Source: Candidatus Heimdallarchaeota archaeon (GTDB taxonomy: Archaea > Asgardarchaeota > Heimdallarchaeia > JABLTI01). From it: DNA of 64,000 nt. How positions within the stretch are numbered: the stretch's first letter is position 1; every line of letters begins with the position of its first letter. Below are positions 1 to 10,262 of this stretch, piece by piece. The notes under the pieces are model-generated. The model made no database searches. It was not told the DNA's origin and was given only the letters and a program-made list of their open reading frames with translations. The stretch spans positions 64,001 through 128,000 of the forward strand of contig JABCTZ010000017.1 in the NCBI GenBank assembly GCA_018238155.1, given 5' to 3'. The translations under genes and the position numbers were made by a program.

Positions 1-1153
1 AGAATTTCTTTTAGAAAAAAGCATTGTGAAAAATCTATTTGATATTGGTTTAGCATTTGAGGGAGTAGACTATGAAGCACTAGTAATAGTAGCAAGTAAA
101 AGTCTAGATAAGAATGCAATTGAGAATAGCAAAGTACAAATTGATACTGTTAGCAACATAAAAAGTCCAGCCAGTTTAAAAACCCCTCAATTTATTGGAT
201 ATAATGCACAATGGATGATGCAGTTACATAAGATACTCATATTCAAGTATATCACAGCTTTTGAAGGAAAAATACTTCAAACGGTAAAAGATAGCTCGGA
301 ATCGTTTGATCAATTCTTTAAGGGGAAATCTTTCAGAGGTGTCTACTTTAATCAAAGTGAAGAGAAACAATTACAAAAAGGAAAACATCTCTACATTCGC
401 GGTGGCCCATCTATACAAAAACATTATCTAAAAAACATCAAGTATATTCGCTATCCTGAGAAAAGAATCGGTGAACTAGAGAAATTAATGAAACCAAAGA
501 TAATATTCAAAGCTTTAAGGGGAACACAGTTAGTTGCTTATGTCGATACATTGGGAAGGATTATTTCAGATAGTAACATGAACAATGTCATTTTGAAAGA
601 TGAATACTCAAGTAGCTTAAAAGCAATGCAATTAATACTCAATCATAAATTAGTTTCATTCTATCTGTCTAAGTTAGTTTTTAGTGAAACAACTGAGACC
701 GCAAGGCATCTAGATACCCCCTATGTTGTTCCAATACCTATACCAAAGAGAATAGATTTCGATGTTTGTAACAAAATAACAGAGATTCTTCTGTTTTTAA
801 ATCAGTACTATTTCACGAATTTTCTAAGCAAAAACAGTTCGAATGTTGCAATTGAGACAACAATCAAATATTTTGATAAACTTGCTAAAGTTATCATCTA
901 CGAGTCGTATTTCAGAGAATTGCTCACAACTAATTTACAAAAATTGCTCAAAACAATAATCTCCATAGATTTTGAGAAATGGTCACAGCTCGAACGATCA
1001 AATAATCTAGCTTCTTCTACCAGTAAAGAAAAGGATGGCATTCTGAAGATTGAAAAACATTACAAAGAACTTTGTGATAACGAAGATATTGAGAGTAATA
1101 TTGACACCACTCTATCACATGAATATGTAAAGTGGATAGAGGATAAAAAGTAA
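1..1153 (+). CDS. Type IIG/Eco57I-like restriction-modification enzyme, C-terminal part (TaqI-C-like target recognition domain); 5' end lies outside the window
   Basis: Frame is open from position 2 (EFLLEKSIVKNLFDIGLAFEGVDYE, typical end of an N6-MTase domain). It continues with KPKIIFK..LVAYVD and ILNHKLVSFY...VPIPIP, the TaqI_C-like pattern. Confidence 0.7.
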   Translation, partial: EFLLEKSIVKNLFDIGLAFEGVDYEALVIVASKSLDKNAIENSKVQIDTVSNIKSPASLKTPQFIGYNAQWMMQLHKILIFKYITAFEGKILQTVKDSSESFDQFFKGKSFRGVYFNQSEEKQLQKGKHLYIRGGPSIQKHYLKNIKYIRYPEKRIGELEKLMKPKIIFKALRGTQLVAYVDTLGRIISDSNMNNVILKDEYSSSLKAMQLILNHKLVSFYLSKLVFSETTETARHLDTPYVVPIPIPKRIDFDVCNKITEILLFLNQYYFTNFLSKNSSNVAIETTIKYFDKLAKVIIYESYFRELLTTNLQKLLKTIISIDFEKWSQLERSNNLASSTSKEKDGILKIEKHYKELCDNEDIESNIDTTLSHEYVKWIEDKK

Positions 1154-1173
1154 AGTTGAGATTTTTTCTTTAA

Positions 1174-1662
1174 CTATTTTATCTTTTTCCCTGTGAAATT
1201 GATAACAATTATAGTTCCAAGTAAACCTGTTCCAAGACTGAGATTTATGATCAAGTCAGTATTAAAATCTTGATCACTTTCAAGAGTAAAAGAGAGAGCT
1301 GCAGAATTTACTGTATCGGAGTTGTAAAACAAAACATAAAACGTATCAGTCCATAAAGCACTAAATTCAATATTAGATGTTGAAGAAATGCCTGAGTAAT
1401 ATCTTTCATAATAGGACATACTAGGATAGTTTTCTGAGTCAAGGATGTATAGTTCAATTTCACCACTTGATACAGTAACAGAAATAGACAATGTGTCTCC
1501 ATCATGTAATTGGAAAGCAACTGCATGTTCTCCTAGAGGGGAAAGAACAATTGAATCTGAAACAGTCTTGCCACAAGTGAATAGTGCTGTTGTTAGCAAA
1601 AGCAAGTTGAGTAGTAGAAAGCCTATCATTGCAATTTTTACTTTTATTGTCTTAGTTTTCAT
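1174..1662 (-). CDS. Single-pass surface protein with a small beta-sandwich (GOLD/p24-like or PPC-like) domain
   Basis: N-terminal hydrophobic signal, beta-strand pattern (GDTLSISVTVSSGEIELYILD...DTFYVLFYN), C-terminal TM and KKIK tail. The ATG at 1662 avoids overlap with the upstream gene. Confidence 0.55.
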   Translation of the reverse strand: MKTKTIKVKIAMIGFLLLNLLLLTTALFTCGKTVSDSIVLSPLGEHAVAFQLHDGDTLSISVTVSSGEIELYILDSENYPSMSYYERYYSGISSTSNIEFSALWTDTFYVLFYNSDTVNSAALSFTLESDQDFNTDLIINLSLGTGLLGTIIVINFTGKKIK

Positions 1663-1685
1663 TTCTATCACATATAAATTGTTAA

Positions 1686-2240
1686 TTATAAAATGCTCCC
1701 GCATTCATTACAATACTTACTACCATAGGGATTGTCAACACCACAATTCGAACAGAGATTTTTATCTTTTCTTTTGGTTTTAGTAGCTGGAATATCACTA
1801 ACAATTTTACCGGAAAGCTGCATTGCCCGAAGATATTTATGATAATTTTTACTGGCAGTAATCTTGAGTGCAATCATAGCTATAATTGTTCCAATCCAAA
1901 GAATATATCCAATTGGAAAGAAGATATTGATAATCAATCCTCCAATAAAGAACGACCAAAGAACTATTATGCCTATTAAACTGGGCGAATTTTTGAATCG
2001 GAAGTAAACACCTTGAGAGCTCTTATCGTACCCAACAGACTCGCTATAAGTGATGAAACAATCAGGGCAATAGAAATTGTAATCAAGCTCAACAACACGA
2101 TCATAATTAGAATGTCTGGTAACTCGAGAGGAAATAACTTCTTGAAATGTACATTCATGACAAATTGCCTTAGAACATTCGTTACAATTACGTGTTGATG
2201 CTTTTTCTGAATGAATGTAGCACTTCGTCACGAAAACCAT
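1686..2240 (-). CDS. Membrane protein with N-terminal B-box-like zinc finger and C-terminal double zinc ribbon
   Basis: CxxH-x7-CxxC-x3-CxxC...CxxC, then two TM helices, then CSNCG...CNECG. Confidence 0.65.
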   Translation of the reverse strand: MVFVTKCYIHSEKASTRNCNECSKAICHECTFQEVISSRVTRHSNYDRVVELDYNFYCPDCFITYSESVGYDKSSQGVYFRFKNSPSLIGIIVLWSFFIGGLIINIFFPIGYILWIGTIIAMIALKITASKNYHKYLRAMQLSGKIVSDIPATKTKRKDKNLCSNCGVDNPYGSKYCNECGSIL

Positions 2241-2399
2241 TCCACCAAATTGATAATAAACATCGCATGAACGAACTTTTAAAGATTATTAAGAACGTTT
2301 TTCCTTGGGGAAAACCACTTCAATTTACTCGAAACACTTTAATTACAAAAAAAAACTTTAAATGATTTAATGAGCATACAAAAACATTGAGGAAAAAAC

Positions 2400-3089
2400 A
2401 TGGTAAATGAAAAGATTGCTTTGGAAGACCTAATAACTTTACGACCGCAGCTCAAAGCTTTTCTCTTTGATTTAGATGGAACATTAGTTAATTCACAAGA
2501 AGGGATAATAGCTACAATTCATGGATTCTTGCAAACAAAAGGGCATACGTTTGATCGAGAATTGATCACTAAACTGCTTGGAAAACCATTAGAAGTTGTT
2601 TTAAAGCTTTTAATCCCCAATATAACAGAAGAGGATATTGCCGTTTATCTAAAAGGAATACGTGAAAGATACTCAAAGAATCATACAGAAATCACCCCCC
2701 TATTTTCTAAAACCAAAGAAATACTTGAAAGTATAAAAACGAGAGGTTTCAAAATGGGCGTTGCTTCTACAAAACTCAAAAGATTTATCATAGAAATACT
2801 TGAGCACTACAATATAACTGGATTATTTGATACCATAGTGTCCGGATATGAAGTTAACAACCATAAACCCGCACCAGATATTCTTATAGAAGCGGCTAAA
2901 CAACTTCAAGTATTACCTTCAGAATGTGTCTATGTTGGTGATAGCCCTTCTGATATAGAAGCAGGAAGAAGAGCGGGTTGTGTGTCAATAGCCGTGCTGA
3001 CAGGACCTCACAATCAAGAAATGTTTGTAAATGAAAAACCAGATTTTGTGATTGAAAATTTACTAGCTTTATTATTTGACAAGAGCTAA
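2400..3089 (+). CDS. HAD-superfamily hydrolase (phosphoglycolate phosphatase/PpaX-like)
   Basis: FDLDGTL, KPAPD and VGDSPSD motifs. Confidence 0.9.
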   Translation: MVNEKIALEDLITLRPQLKAFLFDLDGTLVNSQEGIIATIHGFLQTKGHTFDRELITKLLGKPLEVVLKLLIPNITEEDIAVYLKGIRERYSKNHTEITPLFSKTKEILESIKTRGFKMGVASTKLKRFIIEILEHYNITGLFDTIVSGYEVNNHKPAPDILIEAAKQLQVLPSECVYVGDSPSDIEAGRRAGCVSIAVLTGPHNQEMFVNEKPDFVIENLLALLFDKS

Positions 3090-3100
3090 TAACTTTTCAT

Positions 3101-3757
3101 TCAGTTCATATTTTCTGATTTCGTTGAATAATAATTTAGTATTCCTTTTATTTGTTTTATGAAAAAACTTTGATAATCTTTCTGGTAATTCAGTTTCTGA
3201 GCGTATTGTTGAGGAAAGATATATTCTGGTTGTAGAATAGAAACATTGCCATGAACAATTCCCCAAAGAAATAAAGTAAAATTGAGTGGTTCTATATCAA
3301 CTAATTCTTTCCGTTCAACTGCTGTTTGCACTACCTTAAATATAATCTCAAAAGACTCAGGTTGATAATGTGATTCTATGGGACCGATTGATGAAGATGG
3401 TGGGGCGGGAGTCAAAAACATCATTTTGTATCTTTCAGTATCTTCTACAGCAAAGTCAAAATAATATTCAGCAATTTTCCCTAATAACTTGATTGAGGTA
3501 CCTTGATGACTTTCAGTAACTTGTTTCATTCTCTCAGTAAATTGTTGAAAATCTTCTTGAATAACAGCAAACCATAATTCCCGCTTGCTTTGAACATAAT
3601 TGTAGAGATTCCCCTGTTGCATACCAGTTTTTTTAGCAATAGCTCTCATACTAAACCCTTCAGAGCCTAATTTTAGAAAGAGCTTTCTTCCTTCTTCAAT
3701 GATTTCTTGGAATTTTTCTGCTTTCTTTTCTGGCGATCTTGCTCTAGTTTTTGGCAT
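3101..3757 (-). CDS. TetR/AcrR family transcriptional regulator
   Basis: N-terminal HTH FSMRAIAKKTGMQQGNLYNYVQSKREL; WHG-like C-terminal domain (LWGIVHG). Confidence 0.9.
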   Translation of the reverse strand: MPKTRARSPEKKAEKFQEIIEEGRKLFLKLGSEGFSMRAIAKKTGMQQGNLYNYVQSKRELWFAVIQEDFQQFTERMKQVTESHQGTSIKLLGKIAEYYFDFAVEDTERYKMMFLTPAPPSSSIGPIESHYQPESFEIIFKVVQTAVERKELVDIEPLNFTLFLWGIVHGNVSILQPEYIFPQQYAQKLNYQKDYQSFFIKQIKGILNYYSTKSENMN

Positions 3758-3795
3758 AACTTATTCTATTCTCTCCCTCTTTTAAAAGTTTTTAG

Positions 3796-3862
3796 ATGAA
3801 CGGCGTTCATTTAAAAGGATTTATATATTCACTAAACCTCTTATTTAACTGAACAACGTTCA
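3796..3862. promoter_or_regulatory. Two TetR operator-like palindromes (TGAAC-N3-GTTCA)
   Basis: ATGAACG-G-CGTTCAT at 3796-3810 and TGAAC-AAC-GTTCA at 3850-3862, in the divergent tetR/epimerase spacer. Confidence 0.7.
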
Positions 3863-3882
3863 CTTACATGTGGTTGAAAAAT

Positions 3883-4854
3883 ATGATTAACACACAAGAA
3901 AAATCACAACAAAAATTAGCTGTTGTATTGGGTGCAACAGGCGCCGTGGGTTCTGCAGTTGTAAGAAAATTAATTGAAAATAAAGAACTAGTACGTGCGG
4001 TATCACGAAATATAAAGAAGGCAAAAAAGATGTTTGATGGTTTGAATGTTGAGTGCATAAAAGCAGACTTACAATCAAAAGAGGAAACAAAGAAAGCAAT
4101 TGTTGGTGGAACGGTGGTTTATCATTGTGCAGGTATTCCTTATACAAAATGGTTGAAAACATTGCCCCTGATTCAGAAGAATATTATCGAAGCTTTAACG
4201 GAAACAAAAGCAACACTAGTTTACGCTGATAATTTATACATGTACGGAAGAATGCAGGAAGAAAAAATCTCTGAAAAACATCCTGAAAATCCTACTTCAA
4301 AAAAAGGATTATTGAGAAAGAAGCTTGCGGAAGAACTATTAGAAGCTCACAAAGAAGGGAGAATAAAAGTAGTCATAGTTAGAACTGGAGATTATTACGG
4401 ACCAAATGTAGTGAATGGTTTTACAAAACCTCTCTTTCAGAACCCTCTTGCCAGAAAACCCGCCACTTGGATTGGATCTTTGGATCAGAAGCATTCACTT
4501 ATTTATATTGATGATGTTGCAAAAGGGCTTGTATTGATTGCAGAGCATCCTGAACTGTTTGGGCAAATTTGGCATGTGGAAGGAGGAGAGGCATTAACAG
4601 GACAAGAGTTCATCGAAATGATATACTCTCAAGTAGGCATTCAACAAAAAATAAAGGTCCTAAAAAGAAGTACATTGAATTTTCTGAGTCCGTTCGTACC
4701 CATAGTCAAAGAACTGAAGGAACTTTTAGATGAATGGGAATATCCGTTTATAATTGATGGTTCCAAATTCAAAGAAACAATGGGTGTCTTTCATCACACT
4801 CCACATAAGATTGCAATTGAAAAGACTTGTAACTGGTTCAAAGAGAATTGTTGA
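3883..4854 (+). CDS. NAD-dependent epimerase/dehydratase family protein (atypical SDR)
   Basis: GATGAVG Rossmann motif; DNLYMYG; GDYYGP. Confidence 0.85.
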   Translation: MINTQEKSQQKLAVVLGATGAVGSAVVRKLIENKELVRAVSRNIKKAKKMFDGLNVECIKADLQSKEETKKAIVGGTVVYHCAGIPYTKWLKTLPLIQKNIIEALTETKATLVYADNLYMYGRMQEEKISEKHPENPTSKKGLLRKKLAEELLEAHKEGRIKVVIVRTGDYYGPNVVNGFTKPLFQNPLARKPATWIGSLDQKHSLIYIDDVAKGLVLIAEHPELFGQIWHVEGGEALTGQEFIEMIYSQVGIQQKIKVLKRSTLNFLSPFVPIVKELKELLDEWEYPFIIDGSKFKETMGVFHHTPHKIAIEKTCNWFKENC

Positions 4855-4962
4855 GAGCCAATAAACGGCAGAGAAAACCGTAAATGAAATCATTCCTAAT
4901 TAAATTGCAAGTTTATAAATTTAGAAATATGTAATAAGCATTATACAAAAGGATGACTAAAT

Positions 4963-5321
4963 ATGAGTGATGATAATAAATAGAAAAGTGACTATCTGTC
5001 GTTACAATTCTATTCAATAGGTAGAAAGTAGAGTTTCAACCGTTATGTAATAATGCGATTGATAGATTCGAGTAGCAAGAAAAAGTTCGGTTGACAAGCT
5101 GTAAAAAGATGGATGAATTTCCCTCAACAAAGAAATACGAGTGGACCGATGTGTTGGCAGTTCATGTGAAAGATTTGAGCCAAGCACAAAAGATTAACTT
5201 TAAACCAACAGACAATTTTGCTAATCTAGCAAAGAAAATTGAGGAAGAATTGTCAATCATAGCAGAGAATATTGACAAGAAAGACTCTACAGAGGAAAAA
5301 ACGAAGAAAGAAAGTACCTGA
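4963..5321 (+). pseudogene. Probable decayed gene; the 5091-5321 ORF is its intact 3' part
   Basis: The frame of the 76-aa ORF extends upstream through in-frame TAGs at 5022 and 5073. An upstream ATG at 4963 is in another frame and is also interrupted. Confidence 0.35.
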
Positions 5322-6288
5322 GAGAATACCGTTCCTTTTTTTCTGTTTACCAATAAAACTTTTATTAGTAAATACAAATAGTATTGCTTATAGGAGAGAC
5401 TTTAAGATTATTGATAATAAATTTCTCAACCTTTCATTTTTTTTAATCTTGATAATATTTTCACAGAATATCTGCTATTCGTATGGTTTTAGTGTTAGTA
5501 GAGAATTAGAACCTCAATCATTATTAAGGGGAAAACTAGTTCTTTCAGATTTTTCGCAATTCGATTTGGTAATAAATAATTCTCATCTTGGGACTTCTAA
5601 ATCAAGCTCGAAGATTGATTTTTTCCGTGTTGATGACGAAATCGGTCCAACCAATTATGGCTTAAAGTATATCTACACTTTCCCTCAAAATTTCGATTGT
5701 TTTGACTTTGATTTTTCAATTCAATTTGACATCCAATTTTTTGACATTGATCATATCGGATATATCATAATTCACTTCGTAAGTTATTATGATCAATATA
5801 ATATCGGATATCTCAATACTGGATCAATTGCTCGTACTATGATCTTTGGTATGCCAAATAATGCTGATTCAGGTTATGACGTTAGTTTATGGTCTGCATC
5901 TGGAGAAACGGAGAACAAGTGTAGATATTATTCCTCGAATACTCCTGATTCTGTACTCTGTTGGGGAAATCGCACAAGTACCGCTACAGAGCTTTGCATG
6001 AAGAATCTTGATTTTGGCAGCACTATCATTTCCGGATTTTTCATGAAACAAAGCGATAATAATCTAAAGTATATCTCACTAGAATATATGACAAATGTAA
6101 ATAATGATAATTTCAATGCAACTGCTTCAAATATTAGTGTTGTTTTTTACTCTGACGAAACGACAACTATTATTGATACAAATCTAAATACTTCATATAT
6201 TCTGGGTTTGACACTACCAGTAATTGTAGGAACAACACTTTTTCTTGGTGTATTTATAATTGTTTTCCGAAAGAGGAGAGAATATTAA
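5272..6288 (+). CDS. Hypothetical membrane-anchored surface protein (true start probably near 5400)
   Basis: Internal signal-like hydrophobic stretch, Thr/Asn-rich linker, C-terminal TM plus RKRR tail. Confidence 0.55.
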   Translation: MTRKTLQRKKRRKKVPERIPFLFFCLPIKLLLVNTNSIAYRRDFKIIDNKFLNLSFFLILIIFSQNICYSYGFSVSRELEPQSLLRGKLVLSDFSQFDLVINNSHLGTSKSSSKIDFFRVDDEIGPTNYGLKYIYTFPQNFDCFDFDFSIQFDIQFFDIDHIGYIIIHFVSYYDQYNIGYLNTGSIARTMIFGMPNNADSGYDVSLWSASGETENKCRYYSSNTPDSVLCWGNRTSTATELCMKNLDFGSTIISGFFMKQSDNNLKYISLEYMTNVNNDNFNATASNISVVFYSDETTTIIDTNLNTSYILGLTLPVIVGTTLFLGVFIIVFRKRREY

Positions 6289-6520
6289 ATTTTCTTGCTC
6301 TTTCAATAGGTTTACAATTTTTGTATTCCTTTTAGACTCTGATATTTCAAGAAGCGGTTTTTTTCCTCAAGGGCTACTCTCTTAGAGAGTTTTTTACTAA
6401 CAAATAAACTTTTTTTTACTAATTTACATTATATTGTTCCAAAGACTTTTCTATTTTTTTGTCTTATATGCCTTGAAACATTATTTCGTGAATGGAAACA
6501 ATGACTAGAAGTGAATTTAT

Positions 6521-6691
6521 ATGATTTCAAAGATAATTTTAATCAAAGCTAAATTAGAGATGAAAGATTATAAACGAAAGCTAGATGATCCAATGTTTCA
6601 TCAGAAGAAAATTCTTTTTCAAATATTGAATCGCAACAAAAATTGTGAATATGGTTCTGATTATAAATTTGCATCTATTAATATGTCCTAA
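6521..6691 (+). pseudogene. Truncated GH3 (auxin-responsive acyl-amido synthetase) family N-terminal fragment
   Basis: 56-codon ORF MISKIILIKAKLEMKDYKRKLDDPMFHQKKILFQILNRNKNCEYGSDYKFASINMS* matches the GH3 N-terminal pattern P..Q..L..IL..N..TEYG..Y.F..I. Confidence 0.55.
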
Positions 6692-6909
6692 AGAGAATTA
6701 TCATGCTTATAACATATGCAATGAATTCCACAACAATCAAAACTATTGAGTAACCACTTATCATAATGCTATTACAAGCATTGTCATTATTTTTAATCTA
6801 ACAAAGGAGGATAGTTTTATTCGACAAAATTTTTGATGTGGATTTTGAAGTTAGAAAGTCAATGTTTATTTATAGGTGTAAAGAGATAATCTAGTAGAAG
6901 AATCTAAAG

Positions 6910-7389
6910 GTGAAACAAATGAAAATTTGGATAGTGCATGATTCACATTTTGGTAATGGTGAAAAATTAGCTAAAACATTGGGCACAGCTTTAAAAAAGA
7001 AAAGAGAAGTTTTTATTGATAACATCAAAAATGTTTCTCCAGAAAAAGTAGTTAGTGATTCTCCAGATGCAATTATTATTGGAACTGCAGCACGAATATT
7101 CATGATTAGTAGCGCATCCAAGAAATGGTTGCGAAAGCTCAAAAATGAACTGAAAAAAGAAAACAAAACAATAAAATATGGTGCAACTTTTCTAACTCAT
7201 GTTCTAGATAAAAAAGTAGCTAAGACCTGGGGGAAAAGGTTTCATAAGAAACTTAATGGTTTAGCTATAACTAATATCTATTCTGAATGGATATCAGGTC
7301 AAGTAAAAGACAAAGAAGGTCCATTTATAGATGGTGAACAAGAACGATTTGAGAAAATCGGTAAAGATCTTAATGACTGGATGAAATAA
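6910..7389 (+). CDS. Flavodoxin-like domain protein
   Basis: IVHDSHFGNGEKLAKTL FMN-loop-like start; DAIIIGT; GPF near the C-terminus. Confidence 0.7.
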   Translation: MKQMKIWIVHDSHFGNGEKLAKTLGTALKKKREVFIDNIKNVSPEKVVSDSPDAIIIGTAARIFMISSASKKWLRKLKNELKKENKTIKYGATFLTHVLDKKVAKTWGKRFHKKLNGLAITNIYSEWISGQVKDKEGPFIDGEQERFEKIGKDLNDWMK

Positions 7390-7508
7390 GCTAGTTAGTA
7401 CTTTATCATGTCTCTTTTTTTCTTGCAACAGGTTCTTTGTAAATTTTCATTTTAAACAATTCATTTAAGATTATTTGACTTACATATTGTAGAGAGGATT
7501 ATGTTTCA

Positions 7509-8474
7509 ATGATAAATGACAAACAGAGAACCATTATCAAATTTGTCAATGTTTCCAAGAATTTCAGGGAAGTAAAAGCTCTAACTGATGTTTCCTTTGA
7601 AATCAATAGAGGAGATATTTTTGGTTATATTGGTCATAATGGTGCAGGTAAAACAACGACACTGAAGATTTTAGTTGGTCTTATTCGTGATTATTCCGGG
7701 GAAGTATTGATTGTTGGTGAATCACTTCAGAACCATTCTGATTTTAGTAATCTTATTGGATATCTCCCACAAGATGTCGGTTTTCAAGAATGGCGAACAG
7801 TTGACCATGCATTGATAACATTTGGTTTATTATCTGGTATGGGGAAATCTGAATTAACGCAACGCATTCCGGAAATTTTGGAAATGGTTGGTTTAACAGA
7901 AGCTCGTCATCGTAAAATTAAATATCTATCTGGTGGTATGCAGCAGAAATTGAAACTTGCTCAAGCACTCCTCCATGATCCACAAGTGCTAATTCTTGAT
8001 GAACCCTTGAGTGGTTTGGATCCCACTAGTAGGTATCAAATGAAGAATATAATCCGAAAATTGGCTGTAAATAAAAAAACAATTCTCTTTTCGTCTCACA
8101 TTCTGGGCGATGTAGCAGATATTGCTACAACAATTGGTATAATTAAAGAGGGAGTTATCCAGCGCATAGGTACCCCTCTTGAACTCCAAAATGAACTTAC
8201 AGAAGGTGACGCTATTGAGCTTGTTGGTCATAATCTTACAACATCCATTGCAAAAATTCAAGCCCTTCCAAATGTCGAACGAGTAGAGCTAGTTTCAAAC
8301 AATCAAGATCGATTGGTGGTGACCTATTCTACTGGTACAAACGTCCAAGAAGTAACAATTCAATTAATGGCTTTTTTGAGTGAAAATAAAATAGCAATAC
8401 AAAATTTCAATTATCTTAAACCATCTCTAGAACAAGTATATTTGAAATATATGGAAGGAGGTACTTCACATTGA
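7509..8474 (+). CDS. ABC-2 type exporter ATP-binding protein
   Basis: GHNGAGKTT, LSGGMQQK, ILDEP, SSH. Confidence 0.92.
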   Translation: MINDKQRTIIKFVNVSKNFREVKALTDVSFEINRGDIFGYIGHNGAGKTTTLKILVGLIRDYSGEVLIVGESLQNHSDFSNLIGYLPQDVGFQEWRTVDHALITFGLLSGMGKSELTQRIPEILEMVGLTEARHRKIKYLSGGMQQKLKLAQALLHDPQVLILDEPLSGLDPTSRYQMKNIIRKLAVNKKTILFSSHILGDVADIATTIGIIKEGVIQRIGTPLELQNELTEGDAIELVGHNLTTSIAKIQALPNVERVELVSNNQDRLVVTYSTGTNVQEVTIQLMAFLSENKIAIQNFNYLKPSLEQVYLKYMEGGTSH

Positions 8475-9133
8475 GTTTTGTGATATTATTCTGGGATGAA
8501 CTTCAAGGGTTTGTTAAATCAAAAATTATGTTTGCGTTATGGATTGGCATGCCATTAATGGTTGTCTTAATGCATTTCATTCAACCAGATACAGAAGGAC
8601 TGCCTCTTTCTATTTTAACTGGTATGTTGATTTCTTCAATAGGTGGAGCACTCGCTGCAGTTCTCCTTAGTACTTCAATAGTAAATGAATGCAATGCCAA
8701 AGTATACGATTTATATCTAATTCGACCCGTTAAGCGTCACAATATACTGCTTGCAAAATATTTTGCTGTAATTCTCAATCTATTTATTGCAACCATATTG
8801 AGTTTAGCAATTGGTCTATTAATTGATAAATTTACTATTGGTTTACCTACAGAAGAAGTTCTCATGCCTACTTTAGACTCCCTTGTAATGTCCATCGCAG
8901 CAATGTCAATTGCAAGTGCAATTGGTATTCTCATTGGCATCTTATTGAAATCTGTTGGCTTAGCCGCAATCTTATCTCTCTATTTGGGACAACAACTGTC
9001 TCTTATTGTAATGCTGCCTGGAGTTTACTTTGAAAGCATTAATCTTATGCTCTTTTCAGCTGCAGTAGGAATACCACTAACAATAATAATTATTATAATA
9101 GAAATAATCATTTTTAGTAAGAAGCAATTTTAG
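8471..9133 (+). CDS. ABC-2 type exporter permease
   Basis: Six hydrophobic segments, RPVKRHNILLAKY motif, overlaps the ATPase stop. Confidence 0.85.
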   Translation: MSFVILFWDELQGFVKSKIMFALWIGMPLMVVLMHFIQPDTEGLPLSILTGMLISSIGGALAAVLLSTSIVNECNAKVYDLYLIRPVKRHNILLAKYFAVILNLFIATILSLAIGLLIDKFTIGLPTEEVLMPTLDSLVMSIAAMSIASAIGILIGILLKSVGLAAILSLYLGQQLSLIVMLPGVYFESINLMLFSAAVGIPLTIIIIIIEIIIFSKKQF

Positions 9134-9366
9134 CTTCTTACCTTATTTTTCATTTTTTACCCCATCAAAAAAAAATTTGAGTGCAAGTATTGCTAATTGA
9201 TAGTTTTTTATTACCAGATTAATAATTGGATTACGATTACTCATTTATTGATTATGATAAAAAAGCTTAATCAAGTAAACAAATGTTTCTTCATTTGTAA
9301 TCGAGATATTTGATTATTTCTCGAGACAATTTCCATCTATTGTATCTATAAGGAGCTATTACAGCA

Positions 9367-10260
9367 ATGGCAAAAACAGCTATAATTACAGATGGGGTTA
9401 ACGACCTCTCAGAAGAAATGATAAATGAATATGATATTATTTCTGTGCCAATGAGAATTTTTTTTGGCGATGAAGAATTTAATATCTGGCATAATGAAAA
9501 ATGCGATATAAGCATTGAAGATTTTACTGCGCGAATAACAAAGAGTACAAAAGATACTCTGCCAAGAACTTCCCTTCCCAAACTAAGTGAATTTTCTAAA
9601 GCATTTGATGAAGCACTTGAGAAAGCAGATTCAATTATTGTTGTGCTCATATCTTCAGGCTTATCTGGAACTGTTCAGGCAGTTCAAACATTAATTGATA
9701 ATTATTATCAAGGAAAAGATATCACCATTTTTGATTCAAAACAAACCATGATTGGAACAGGAATCCAAGCACTTGAAGCAGCTAAAATGGCTAAACAAGG
9801 GAATACAAAGGAAGAAATCCTTGGAAGGCTTGAAGCTATCAATCCACGAGTAAGAACAATTATGGTTATTAATGATCTAAATTTCCTTCACAAAGGAGGA
9901 CGGATAGGTCGAGCAAAGAAGTTAATGGCCTCTGCTCTTAATGTTATTCCTGTAGTTCAAATAAAGGGTGGGATAGTTCATCCCATTGGTTCTTTCAAAG
10001 GAGAAAAGAACTTAACGGAACAACTGAGAAGTTTTTGTCTCAGAATTATGGAGAAGAACGAAACTAATGATATTTTCCTTTATCAGCTCAATCAAGAAAA
10101 TATTACTGGTCAAATATACAACGCAATGCTTGAAGCTAATGGGAATAATGTAAGTGTTCATCATAGTACTGCCGGAGCAATTCTAGGGGTCTATGCTGGT
10201 CCTAAAACCATTTGCTTGAGTTATATTGGTGATTTCAATGAGAAGTGGTTAGTGAAATAA
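9367..10260 (+). CDS. degV: DegV/FakB family fatty-acid-binding protein
   Basis: AIITDG, TSLP, ISSGLSGT, DSK, LHKGGRIG, AGP motifs. Confidence 0.92.
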   Translation: MAKTAIITDGVNDLSEEMINEYDIISVPMRIFFGDEEFNIWHNEKCDISIEDFTARITKSTKDTLPRTSLPKLSEFSKAFDEALEKADSIIVVLISSGLSGTVQAVQTLIDNYYQGKDITIFDSKQTMIGTGIQALEAAKMAKQGNTKEEILGRLEAINPRVRTIMVINDLNFLHKGGRIGRAKKLMASALNVIPVVQIKGGIVHPIGSFKGEKNLTEQLRSFCLRIMEKNETNDIFLYQLNQENITGQIYNAMLEANGNNVSVHHSTAGAILGVYAGPKTICLSYIGDFNEKWLVK

Positions 10261-10262
10261 TC

